Shown piece by piece: positions 24,590-35,285 of a stretch of 44,518 bases of DNA. A program made the translations under genes and the position numbers. Numbering within the stretch: the first letter of the stretch is position 1; each line of letters opens with the position of its first letter. The notes under the pieces were generated by a model that saw only the letters and a program-made list of their open reading frames with translations, searched no databases and was not told the DNA's origin. The stretch is from Chiloscyllium plagiosum (taxonomy: Eukaryota). Location: positions 2,258,166 through 2,302,683 of the forward strand of contig NC_057758.1 of NCBI RefSeq assembly GCF_004010195.1, given 5' to 3'.

Positions 24590-25270
24590 GAAGGGAAGGT
24601 GAGAGTAATACTCTTAATTTGTAAACAGTTCTGGTAAAAGATAGGCCTGGTCTACAAGGTAACTTTACGAATCTGGGCAAGGCCAATTTCGATGCTGCTA
24701 GGCAGGAAACTTCAAAAAGGCAAAAGTGAGAACTACAGACGCTGGAGGCTTGAGTCGAGGGTGTGGTCCTGTAAACGCACAGCAAGTCAGGCAGCCTCCG
24801 ATGAGCTGGAAAATCAGGAATGAGGCTGGGTGCCTCGTGGTTGGAGAGATAAATTAGAGGTGGGTTGGGCTGGGAGGAGCTTTCAAAAGGTGATTGGGGG
24901 AATTGGCAAGTGCAAGTTTTTCAGAAGCGAGATAACAAGTGTTCACAGACAGCATGCTCCTATTCGAGTGAAGCGAATTGCTATCAGGGGTATGGAACAG
25001 TACATGCCAGGGACTATCGAGGATGTGGTCACGAATAAAACAGATGCATGTCAGGTTTGGGCGACTAGGATCAAGTGAACCCCTTGAGGAGCAAGCAGTG
25101 TAGAGGAGCACCCATACGAGTGAAATCAGGATGGCAAAAAGTGACGACATATCTTTGGTTCCAAAGTATAACGAGAATTGAAAGAGACTCTAAATCGTTT
25201 TTGAAAGCAATAGAGAAACGAGGGAGTGAAGAGGGCTTCTTAAAAATCAAAGAGCGATCTATGTTTGGAA
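24590..25270 (+). mobile_element. CR1 ORF2 linker fragment with PLE-terminus insert at about 24721-24875 (paralogue of 740-1440)
   Basis: Same motifs as the left arm; insert flanked by an imperfect repeat AGGAAACTTCAAAAAGG / AGGAGCTTTCAAAAGG. Confidence 0.7.
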
Positions 25271-25330
25271 ACACAGGAGATGTATGACGTTTATTAGGTT
25301 TACTGTCACATGTACTCACATGAGAATAGT

Positions 25331-25993
25331 TGTAAGGTATAGGGTTAAGATTGTGCAGAATAAGGGAACAGGTGTTGCTTCTGCAAAAACTTACATTATA
25401 AAATTAGGCTGCGCATGCAAATACAGCGCATGCAGTGAGAAGCGAAAACAGGTAGAACATATTATGACTAATAGGCCAGAGTGACCATGTAGCATGATGT
25501 ACCAGGCATAGGAAAACAGAAGAAGCGGGAACAGATAGAATTATCTTTGTCTAATAGGGCAGAGTGACCGTGTAGCAGGATGTACCAGTAACAGGAGAAT
25601 AGTGTGCCAGTCTCAGGACGAATTTGGTTTGGCAGGATGTTCGCACGAAGACAGCAAACTATGCCAGGATAGTCACATATAAGGAAATAGATAAATAAGA
25701 GTAAGGGGCGACAGCTTAGAGTAATGGGAGAAGTCAACAGAGGCGGAGAGAAGCGACAAAGGTGGAGTGAATCTAAAGCTTGTGATAGGCTATGTGCTAC
25801 TGTAAAAGTAACCAATTGGGTGAAAGGGGAGGACCGAGAGACGCAACTGAACAGCATAACTCAGAATGTAACCCTCAGATCGAGGTACTTACTCATCAGT
25901 CACCCGTTCTTGCAAGTACGTATCAATAAAATTTGTTGTTTCGGAATTTGACGCCGACTGAAATTTATTAACATATGAGTTTTGTTTCTCACA
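25331..25993 (+). mobile_element. 5' LTR (663 bp)
   Basis: Begins TGT, ends ACA, is followed by the PBS; AATAAA at 25925-25930; 83-bp U3 direct repeat starting at 25438 and 25521. Confidence 0.92.
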
Positions 25994-25996
25994 ATT

Positions 25997-26014
25997 TGGG
26001 CGCTCGTCCGGGGT
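25997..26014 (+). promoter_or_regulatory. Primer binding site, tRNA-Pro
   Basis: TGGGCGCTCGTCCGGGGT matches the canonical PBS-Pro TGGGGGCTCGTCCGGGAT at 16 of 18 positions, 3 nt after the LTR. Confidence 0.9.
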
Positions 26015-26329
26015 GTCCATCTTCACCACTGGGGTAGGCACAGTCGATGGCTGGGAAGACATGTCCTGTTCCTGTTAGAACGGTCCTGTGTTCCTCGGCG
26101 GTGGGTTTCCCCCTCTGGTTGACTGAGATCCGATGAGAGTCTATCTGAACCAGGCGAAAGTTGTAAGTAGGAACAAGGAGCCAGGAAACTCCGTGCATGG
26201 ACCAAGAAGGAAAATAGATTTTTAAGTACTGCCTTGGTTTCTGGGATTGCGTTCTTGTAGTTAATAAGTGTCTAATGAAAGAACGCAATATGAGCTGTGC
26301 CGAGAGTAAAGTAAAAGCCTCCGGGAAAT

Positions 26330-27060
26330 AAAAAATGGCAATGGAGGCGGGGTGCCTGAAAGCATGCCTCCAGAAAGTCCGTTGGGCGGGATGTTGTTGA
26401 ATTGGAAAAATAACACTTGTACAAGGGAAAAAGATAGCAAAAAGATGATTAAATATTGTTGCTTTGTATGGACTAAGAAGTCCATTCTTCGTCCCGCCAT
26501 CTTCCGGCCAAAGTACGGGTCGGACGAGGACTGTGTTTGTAAATATTTGAACTTATATGTCAATAGAAAACAGCCTTTCAGTCTGGAGGGATCAGTTTAT
26601 GCTTCGTGTTGGAAGGGCTAGCAGCTGAAGGGCTACTGAGGATACATTTTGTAACTAAATCATGGCCAGACATCCAGAAAGAAATATTCAGAAAATAGAT
26701 GGGTGGAGTGAGAAATCACTTGAGGAATTATTAAGAGAGGCACAGGAAGTGTTTGTAAAGAGAGAGGATGAGAAGCAAAAACAGTAGGCGAAATGATGGT
26801 AGCCACGGGTGACGAAGTCGTCAAGAAAAGAATTGAAGCGGTGACGAGCAACTGGAGTGGAGTGTGGCAGCACGAAGAACATAGAGGATGGGGTAGAGGA
26901 CGAGGAGGACCTTCCGTAGGATCCAGTCGACAGGGACAAGGACAGAAGTGGAGACCCCGACAAGCAGGGTGTTAGATCCAGAAAAAGATTCAAAAGATAG
27001 AAGTGTGGAGCGAGAAGCCTCTAGAGTTGTTGTTGCGGGAAGCTCAAAGTGTCTGTGAGA
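26330..27060 (+). pseudogene. gag: ERV gag remnants (MA, CA C-terminus, RG-rich pre-NC segment, second CA piece)
   Basis: PPESPLGGMLLNW..MIKYCCFVW..PKYGSDED (HERV-I-like MA); HFVTKSWPDI..LEELLREAQEVFVKREDEKQKQ (CA end). Confidence 0.85.
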
Positions 27061-28369
27061 TACGGTGTCTGTGTGTGCATGTGTGTGTGTGTGTGAGAGA
27101 GAAAAGAGTTGGACAGCTAATAGAAAGTTTAACCCTTTTTGATTCGTTTTGAATGCACATTTTCTTGTTGGTGATTGAATGTTTGTACTTTGTTCCCTGG
27201 AGCTTGAGATCCGGGACTGTTTTGAATCTGATTTCTATTACGAAAATTTAACATGCTTTGTTTTAAGGTTAACCATTTTACAATGATTATGAAATAAAAT
27301 CTTAACTCCTACTTTTTATACAGGTCATGACTGCCTTACTATCAGTTTCTAACTAATCTCTTATCTTTACATAAAAGCGATTTCAAATCAGCTTAATACG
27401 GACGAAAACAACATGATAACCTTTTTCTGTGTTTCAGACTCATTTGTTTTCACTTAAGTTTAAGCCGTAGCTTTATTCAGAAAGTTCCCTCCCTCAATGA
27501 CAGTTGAAGTTTCAGTTCAACATTAGATTGTAATAAATTAATCCTATGGTTAATATCTGTGACCTTGGATTCGGCCATTATTCATGTATTAGAAGTTTTT
27601 TTTTTTAACTTGAATAGACAAATCCTTTTTAAGACAGCTCTGGTTATTTCATGACCTATAGCATTGTGATTTAGCAATGACTGGTCCGAAGTACTGAAGA
27701 AAGCTAATTTTGTATTTAAATTATGGGACTAAAACCGGGTAATACTATTGGCTTTCAAAGTTGGGAACTGTATGCATTTTACATTTTCAATATTAAATAC
27801 TGGATAAATGAATTTTATTCAGTAAAGATACAAGTAAGATTCAGCTCAGCAATTGATCTGGCAAAGTAACATGGGAGCAGGACGAAAGAGTTAATTGGAC
27901 TATGGCGACATTTTTGTGATAGGAGGCACGAAGAATCAGTTTTGCGCTCATGACAAGATACTGCCACCAAACTGGGGATTGAAATTAACTGCAAATGGTG
28001 CTATGGAATCTGATGACGTTTTTAAAATGAATGTGCTCGAGCAAAACAATTACAGAAACAGAATTAGAAGTCACAGGTGACTGGTAAACAAACAGAACAG
28101 CGCAATTAGAGTTTTTAAAATGTTTTAGTCACTTGTGTTTCCATCCTGAATTACACATAATGATTATTTTATTTATATAATATATAATTAATATTTATAA
28201 TAAATAATATATATAATATTTATAGTAAGCCAATTGTATTAGCCTGAATCAATATTAATTGGCAGGGTTCCTTCACACATTCTCAGTGACCTGTTATATT
28301 GATTCATAGCTAATTTAAAACATGACTGCATCAATTCATTGTTAATTAAAGAATGGACAGTTACATTAC

Positions 28370-29830
28370 TGGCCAGAGTGTGTGCAGGCAGTGGCAGCAA
28401 CAGCCTCATTGGTAGAAGAAATTCGGAAACTTACTTTGGGGAGCCTTAATAGTCAGCACTCCACATCAGGTACAGAACATATTAAATCAGAAAGCAGGGC
28501 GGTGTCTTATGGACTCTAGAATTCTAAAATACGAAGCAATTTAATTAGAAAGGGATGACCTTACATTAATCTCAGACATTTGTCTGAATCCAGCTACCTT
28601 TCTCTGGAAAGGGGAGGATGAAGCTCCTTCAGACGCAGAACATGACTGCCTTGACATTATAGAATATCAGATTAAATTAAAAAGGGACCTTAGAGATATC
28701 CTCTACATGCAGGGGCCAGGCTGTTCATTGATGGGTCCTCCAGAGTGATTGAAGGTAAAAGACACAATGGATAACAATAGTGGATGGAATAGAGGGGAGT
28801 GTTCTTGAGGCTAGTTGACTACCCAATGATTGGTCGGCACAGACTTGCGAACTTTATGCACTAGGTAGGACCCTTAGGACCTTGGAAGGCAAAGAAAGAA
28901 CTGTATACACAGATTCTAAGTATGCCATCGGGGTGGCATGCACATTTGGGAAGATGTGGCAGGAGAGGGGATTGATAAACAGTCGGGGTATAGAACCTGG
29001 ATTCCGACCATTTCAGAGCACTCAGGCAGATTATACCGAATTACCCCGAGTGGGAAGACTGAGGAATACGCTGGTAATGGTTGATCACCTATCTGGATGG
29101 GTGGAAGCGTACCCTTTAGCCACTGCCACCGTAAGTGGAGTGTCCGAGATAATACTTGAACACTTAATCCCCAGATACGGGATAGTACATTGTATAGATT
29201 CGCTTCCAGAGTACTCCAGAGAGTGATGAAGGAGTTAGGAATCTCCTGGGAATGCCACACCCCTTGGCACCCATCTTCATCAGGAAAGGTTGAGAGAGTG
29301 AACCAGACATTCAAGAAGCAGTTATCTAAATTAATAGTAGAAACCAGACTCCCTTGGACTAAGTGTTTACCAAAGCCCTTCTGCAAGTGTGAGCGGCCCC
29401 AAGGAAAGATATGGAGCTGTCCCCTTAGGGGATATTGTTTGGCCTGCCCTATCTGGAAACGAAAGGTGAACTGCCAACCCTGGAGACTAAAGATATGTTC
29501 TTAAAGAAGTATATACTGGGCTTGTCTTCCTCTTGGTCTTTACTTGGTCGATATGGATTACTGGCACAGACCTTTGAATTCGCCGTTCATCCCATCCGGC
29601 CGGGAGTTTGGGTCCTAATTAAGTCATGGACAGAAACTAAATTGCAGCTGGTTTGGGAGGGACCGCACCAGGCTCTTTTTAACTACTGAAACGGCGATGC
29701 GCACGGCGGAGAAAGGCTTGATTCACTACAACAGGATTAAAGGACCGGTGGAATCACCGTTTAAGAAAGAAGTTTGGACAGCCGAATTGATGGAAGAACC
29801 ACTGAAACTCAGACTCAAAAGACTTTATGT
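28370..29830 (+). pseudogene. pol: ERV pol remnant (tether, RNase H, integrase); protease and RT core absent
   Basis: WPECVQAVAATA, RILKYEA, LNPATFL, LFIDGSS, SAQTCELYAL, VYTDSKYAIG, VDHLSGWVEAYP, HTPWHPSSSGKVERVNQT. Confidence 0.92.
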
Positions 29831-29841
29831 AACTGATTTTT

Positions 29842-31660
29842 ATGCGGACGCGTGGTAGTTTCTTTTTGATATCTATATATTTGTATTACACGTTAAATCT
29901 CTCGGTCCTTCAATGCTATTATAGAATGCTGGGGACGTTTACAGTTACCATATTAGCTTTCTTAGTATTGGGATTTTGTCAAACGATGTTGTCATCTCCA
30001 TATTTGTTGTTAACCGTCCCTGAGTCTGAATATCCGCAAGTAATAGAATTCACAGTCTAGTAGAACGCGCAGATGTAAAGTATCAGAAGGAGTATATTTC
30101 CTCCGAAATCCTTCTTAATACCCTACCGGATGCAAGGTATGGTTGGAAAAAACTGCCACCTGGCATCACTATCCATAGAGCCCCCTTTCGCCCAGTCCTG
30201 GACTGGCGGACAAAAAGTGCCACCCGATATACCTTGCCGTTAGAAAGAAGACTCCTTTCCCTGTAAAAACGGGTTTCGACTCCTTAGTAACGATTTAAAG
30301 ATCGTAATGGCTGCCACTGGGAAGTGTTTTTCGGGCTTTTGCTTCTGAACAGCCGTAGGAAACGGAAAACGAGCCTAACAACTTGATAATAAGATAGATC
30401 CTTTTGCCCGTCCCAATGACCCAAAGGTGGCAAACATTATAGAAGTCAAGGACTTGAAGCAGACCATTGAAATAGAAACTGGATACGAGGACGCAAATGC
30501 CTGGGTTGAATGGGTAAAGTACACTGTTAAAACTCTGAATAAAAGCAATTGCTATGCATGTGCCTCCAGTAGACCGGTTCCCCACCCACCCGATTTTTGA
30601 CCACGGTCGGGAATCACATTTCCTGTATATGCCGACAGGGTACACATCGGTCTAGAGACTTGGGGGAGCTGGGGTTATGTGTAGAAACTTAGAATGACAC
30701 AGAAACAGACAAAGGAGGGAACTACTCAGCATTCAGGGTTCCCTGGGCAGATATCTGGTGGTACTGTGGAGGCAGAATATTGCAAACTACCCTACCTTCT
30801 GGCTGGAGAGGGATATGTGCAATTGGCAATCCCAATCACCTTGGCATTTGAGAAGGAGAAGGTGGTAGTAACAAAGAATGGGAGGAGTAAAAGTTCGTTA
30901 TTAGATATTTCCTTTGATGATAGGATTTATCTCGACTCTATAGGAGTTCCGCGAAGGGTCCCCGATGAGTTCAAGGCCTGCAACCAGGTGCAGCAGGTTT
31001 TGAATCGGCCCTTTTTTGGTGGGTAACGGTCAACAAAAATGTGGTTTGGATAAACTATATTTTTTTACAACCAGCAAAGATTAATCAATTATACTATAGA
31101 TGCGGTCAAGGGTATTTCCGAGCAACTTGATGCAATCAGCAGAATGGCCTGGGAAAACAGACTAACCTTAGATATGATCCTAGCCGAAAAATCGGTTGTA
31201 TGCGTGATGTTAGGACGTAGCTGTTGTATCTTTATTCCAAATACAGCACCTGATGGGTCAATCTCTCATGCCTTGCAAGGATTGACCACCTTGGCGGAAT
31301 AACTGGCTGAAAATTTAGGAGTGGACATATCACTCACAGGATGGTTGGAATCATGGTTTGGGAAGTGGAAATGCGTGGTCGTCTCCATCCTCACCTCCCT
31401 GTTAGTGGTAGCAGGGGTACTGACAGCAATTGGCTGTTATATCATACCTTGTGTACGGGGGTTAACCCAACACGTAATTGAGACGCCCTTGGCAAAACAA
31501 ATGCCTCTCAAAGGTAATCAGGCAGAGGGACTCAACCTCTTGAACAATGAGGGGATGGGTGACCTTAAGGAATTGACCACTATCAATGAAGACACAGGGA
31601 CGATGCTAGCGAACAGGAAGGCAACGCATGAGACAAATGCAGAAGACAAAACTTATGAGC
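29842..31660 (+). pseudogene. env: ERV env remnant, gamma-type
   Basis: IETGYEDANAWVEW..KSNCYAC (CXXC at 30550-30561); degenerate furin site RSKS (30883-30894); YLDSIGVPR.VPDEFKA; immunosuppressive domain WENRLTLDMILAEK; CX6CC at 31201-31227; hydrophobic membrane anchor. Confidence 0.92.
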
Positions 31661-31661
31661 C

Positions 31662-31679
31662 AAGAAGAAAAGGGCGGAT
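31662..31679 (+). promoter_or_regulatory. Polypurine tract
   Basis: AAGAAGAAAAGGGCGGAT directly before the 3' LTR TGT. Confidence 0.85.
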
Positions 31680-31936
31680 TGTAAGGTATAGGGTTGAGGT
31701 TGTGCAGAATAAGGGAACAGGTGTTGATTCTGCAAAAGCTTACATTCTAAAATTAGGCTGTGCATGCAAATACTAAACAGTGAGAAGCGAAAACAGGTAG
31801 AATTATCTATGACTATTAGGGCAGTGTGACCGTGTAGCAGAATGTACCAGGCATAGGAAAACAAAAGAAGCGAAAACAGGTAGAATTATCTATGACTAAT
31901 AGGGCAGTGTGACCGTGTAGCAGGATGTACCAGTAA
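31680..31936 (+). mobile_element. 3' LTR, truncated after the U3 repeats
   Basis: Matches 25331 to about 25591; 83-bp repeats start at 31783 and 31866. Confidence 0.9.
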
Positions 31937-31949
31937 TATATACAGATAT

Positions 31950-32065
31950 GATTCGGAGATGCCGGTGTTGGACTGGGGTTACAAAGTTAAAAATCACACA
32001 ACACCAGGTTATAGTCCAACAGGTTTAATTGGAAGCACACTAGCTTTCGGAGCGACGCTCCTTCA
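31950..32065 (-). mobile_element. Young truncated PLE terminus next to the LTR truncation
   Basis: Minus strand reads TGAAGGAGCGTCGCTCCGAAAGCTAGTGTGCTTCCAATTAAACC, the 3' part of a hammerhead-like core. Confidence 0.7.
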
Positions 32066-32069
32066 ATAA

Positions 32070-32385
32070 TAGAACATAAGAATTAGAACCAGGAATAGGC
32101 TATTTAGCCCTCAATTTTACCCTGTCATTCATTAAGAGCATGGTTGATCTACTCCACGGCTCAACTCCACTTTCCTACTAAGTCATTATATCCTCAACTC
32201 GCCGACACACCAACAATCCGTCCACCTCGTCTGTAAAGACTTCTACAACTCTCTGGGTTAGAGAATTCTAGACATTCACTGCCTTCTGAGAGAAGACATT
32301 TCTTTGCATCTCAGTTTTAAATCAATATCCCTTATTCAGTATCTATGTCCCCGATACCACCCAAGAGTGGAAACACCTTGTCAAC
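32070..32385 (-). mobile_element. CR1 LINE 3' end
   Basis: AGAACATAAGAATTAG tail and similarity to 13030-13350. Confidence 0.65.
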
Positions 32386-32599
32386 ACGTCACTTGCGAAG
32401 GACAAAGTGGGGACTTCAGATGGTGGCGAGTAGAGTCGAAATTTATGGCACTGGGAACAAAAAAAACTCAGCAGGTCAGCCAGCAACCGAGAAGCAGAAG
32501 AGTCGATGTTTCGGGAACAAACACTTCATCAACCTTGAAAAGCGACCTCTGTAACTTGTATTTTTCACTATTATAACCCGTCATTCATTTTTTGCAATG

Positions 32600-33900
32600 A
32601 ATAAACGCCTAAACAACTGCCATCTGCCAATTAATTGCTTACTCATTCAACTTATCTATATTCAATTTCAGATTTTTCATATCCTTACTGCAACATGCCC
32701 TTTTTTCCTGTTGCATCATCTTCGTATGTATTGCACTCATCTCCCACCGTCAAGGCATCAGAATATTTTATAAATAACTAATGCCACTGGACTGATAATC
32801 GTGGTACTCCAGACGATACATGTTTTCACCCGAAAATATGAATTAATCCCGACACGCCATCTTCTGTGTGTTAACCAATCCTGACTACATGCTGTGACCT
32901 CCATACTTTTGTGAGAACCTTTACTTTGTGGTGCCACACAGATAAACTCTGGAAAGCCAAATACACTTCGATCTGTAAGTCCGTTTTAAAACATATATTC
33001 ACACGGAACTCCAACAATATTTTGCATCAATTAACAGGGTATAATTTGATTTCTCTTTCACAAATCACTGTTGCATCTGATTGTAGTAAGCTTTTCAAAA
33101 GTTTCTGTAATTCTATTCATAACAAATGGACTCTAGCAGATTCCCATCCATAAAATGAGGCTAAATGGCGTACGGGTTCCTGCTTTCCATCTCATTCCTT
33201 TATTGAAGGCAGGCCGGACATTGGGGGTTCTCCAGTTTTTCTGGAGCACAACGGCAATCCAGAGAGTTATGGAATATTTCACATTATGTCGCCAGTCACA
33301 CCACAACCACGTCTTTTAAAACTGTGAATTACTCGCTACTGAGCTGTCAATATTTAGTTTTATCTATCTGACAAAAAAATGTTCTTCCTTTTGTGAAAGA
33401 AAGTTGAAGATATTTCTTCTGACCTCCATGTTTTTCATATCACACATACAATGAGAGTATGTTCGCCGGTGAGGAAGGATGCAATGTACTGCTGCAAATT
33501 CTCTGCCTGTTTTCTGTAACCAATTCCCCACTCATATCCTCCAAGAGTCTCATATGTACTTTCTGACTTTGTTTCTTCGTCGGCTAGCACAAATTCATCA
33601 TGAACCTTTCTGGTGTATACAGGGAAAGTTTCTCACTTGTTATAATATTTCTTGCCAATCTACTCTCAATACTTTAGTTTTCTTTTCTGGCTTTGTATTA
33701 TCTGCTTCAGGTTCCTAAAATAAAGATTCCAAATCTGACCTACACTCGTTCTCACCAAATTAAATTATTTCGTTTGTGATTGAATACCAGCCTTGACAGC
33801 CTTTGTGAACCATGGATGGTCCAGTTCTTTATTAAAACCATTTTTTTAAATGGAAACAATCATGTCTGAGCATTATGTCTGTCAGTGTATCTTCTTCTTA
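32600..33900 (-). mobile_element. Highly decayed CR1-like RT region
   Basis: Patchy similarity to other CR1 copies in the window. Confidence 0.4.
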
Positions 33901-33989
33901 GTGTATTTTCACATCACGTTTTAGATGAGATGTAAGAGAAAAAGTTGCAATTTGGAAAGCATGTCCTTCACAATTATTCCAGGGAAACT

Positions 33990-34800
33990 TTCGCATGTGT
34001 CTGAAAACGTGATCAGCCGAAGGTTACGTGGTTCTCCCAGTTTCTCTGGCTATGTCGTTTCTCATCGATGACGCTACATTCCAGTGGACAGCTTCTGGCA
34101 TGAACTCATTTTCCTTTAAATGAGCAATTTCCCCAACTCTGATGGACAGGTCTTCAGCTGTGATAACCCATGTCCCTCACTTCTGCCTTCACACCTTCTC
34201 CTTCTTTCCAGAGCAATGGTGGATATACCCTTGTACTCATTTTCCACTGCACGAGAAACCCATTCACAGAATCATCCTCCTCTCCTTCCACCACACAAGA
34301 CATGTTCGCCTCCTGTCCACTTTCGGCATTTCCCAGGGGCCGTTCTCTCTGTGCCACCTTCCATCACCGAAAACAGTTCCCCATTCCCCCAATGGCACCT
34401 TCCATTGTAATTGCAGAATCTTCAACACTTGCCATTCACCTCTTCTATCCTCAATGACTAAGGCCCAAAACACCCTTCCCCGGTGAAGCAACATTTCACA
34501 TGTACTCTTTCAATCCAGTCTCCTGTCATTGCTGCACACACTATAGACTAGTTTATATTGGTGTGACTAAGCAGAAGACTGTTCTGAGGGACAATTCCCC
34601 TCTGTCTGTAGGTATAACCCTGGCCTTCCCATTGTTTTCATTTCAATAACCTACCTTGCTCGCAAGCGAACATTTCGATCCTGGGTCGCTGCAATGTTCC
34701 AATGAAGCACAACCCAAATCCGAGTAGCACCTCACGTAACACTTTGGTACTTTACAGTCTGTAGAACTTAATATTCAGTTCCATAAATTTACAACCTGAC
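33990..34800 (+). mobile_element. Decayed PLE (RT C-terminus/linker/GIY-YIG)
   Basis: LVLIFH and PSTTQDMFASCPLSAFPRGRSL resemble the PLE linker; degenerate C..C.LVYIG.T at about 34530-34570. Confidence 0.7.
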
Positions 34801-35024
34801 CACATTATGATTGTTCTCCAACTTTCCTATATTTTCCCTCCTGGTCTCCTGTTTTCCCCATTCGCTCCTTAATTTACATTCATTTTACATTTATTTCTCC
34901 TACACCACAATTAACAGCCCGTTTGCCTTCTGCAGTGCACCTCCACATGTTTCTCTACCCCTCCTACATATCTGTCAATGTAATAAAAGATCAACTTTAC
35001 AATCTTTTTCATTTTTGACAAAAT

Positions 35025-35285
35025 ATCACCCATTAACTCCAAACGTTAATTCTGTTTCTCTGTCTTCGCAGGTGGGTCCAAACCTAATGAGTTTCACCAA
35101 AAAAAGGCACAGGACAATATCCGAATAAAATGAAGAGAAGTGGATGCTCGAAATGTGAAACAAAAGAATGTCGAGACAGACTAAATATTGCTGAAGAGGA
35201 GTCACTGGACCCGAATCAATAACTGTGCTTCTTTCCACAGATGCAGCCACATATGGCTAGATTCTCCATCAAATTCTACTTTTGG
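35025..35285. mobile_element. PLE terminal-repeat remnants
   Basis: AAACGTTAATTCTGTTTCTC and CTGAAGAGGAGTCACTGGACCCGAA motifs. Confidence 0.55.

Larger units (their letters stand above)
18762..25617. repeat. Right arm of inverted segmental duplication (partner 397-5732), containing the insertion 18983-21521
   Basis: 18762-18982 matches the reverse complement of 5512-5732; 21522-25617 matches the reverse complement of 397-5521 but lacks about 4247-5090. Confidence 0.95.
25331..31936 (+). mobile_element. Defective class I (gamma-like, HERV-I/HERVIP-related) endogenous retrovirus
   Basis: LTR-PBS-gag-pol-env-PPT-LTR order with recognisable MA, CA, tether/RNase H, IN, SU and TM motifs; many stops, frameshifts and deletions. 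Confidence 0.93.

Noticed and set aside
31321..31776. Domesticated syncytin-like env ORF
   Set aside because: Only a TM tail fragment running into the LTR; upstream env has stops, frameshifts and a mutated furin site
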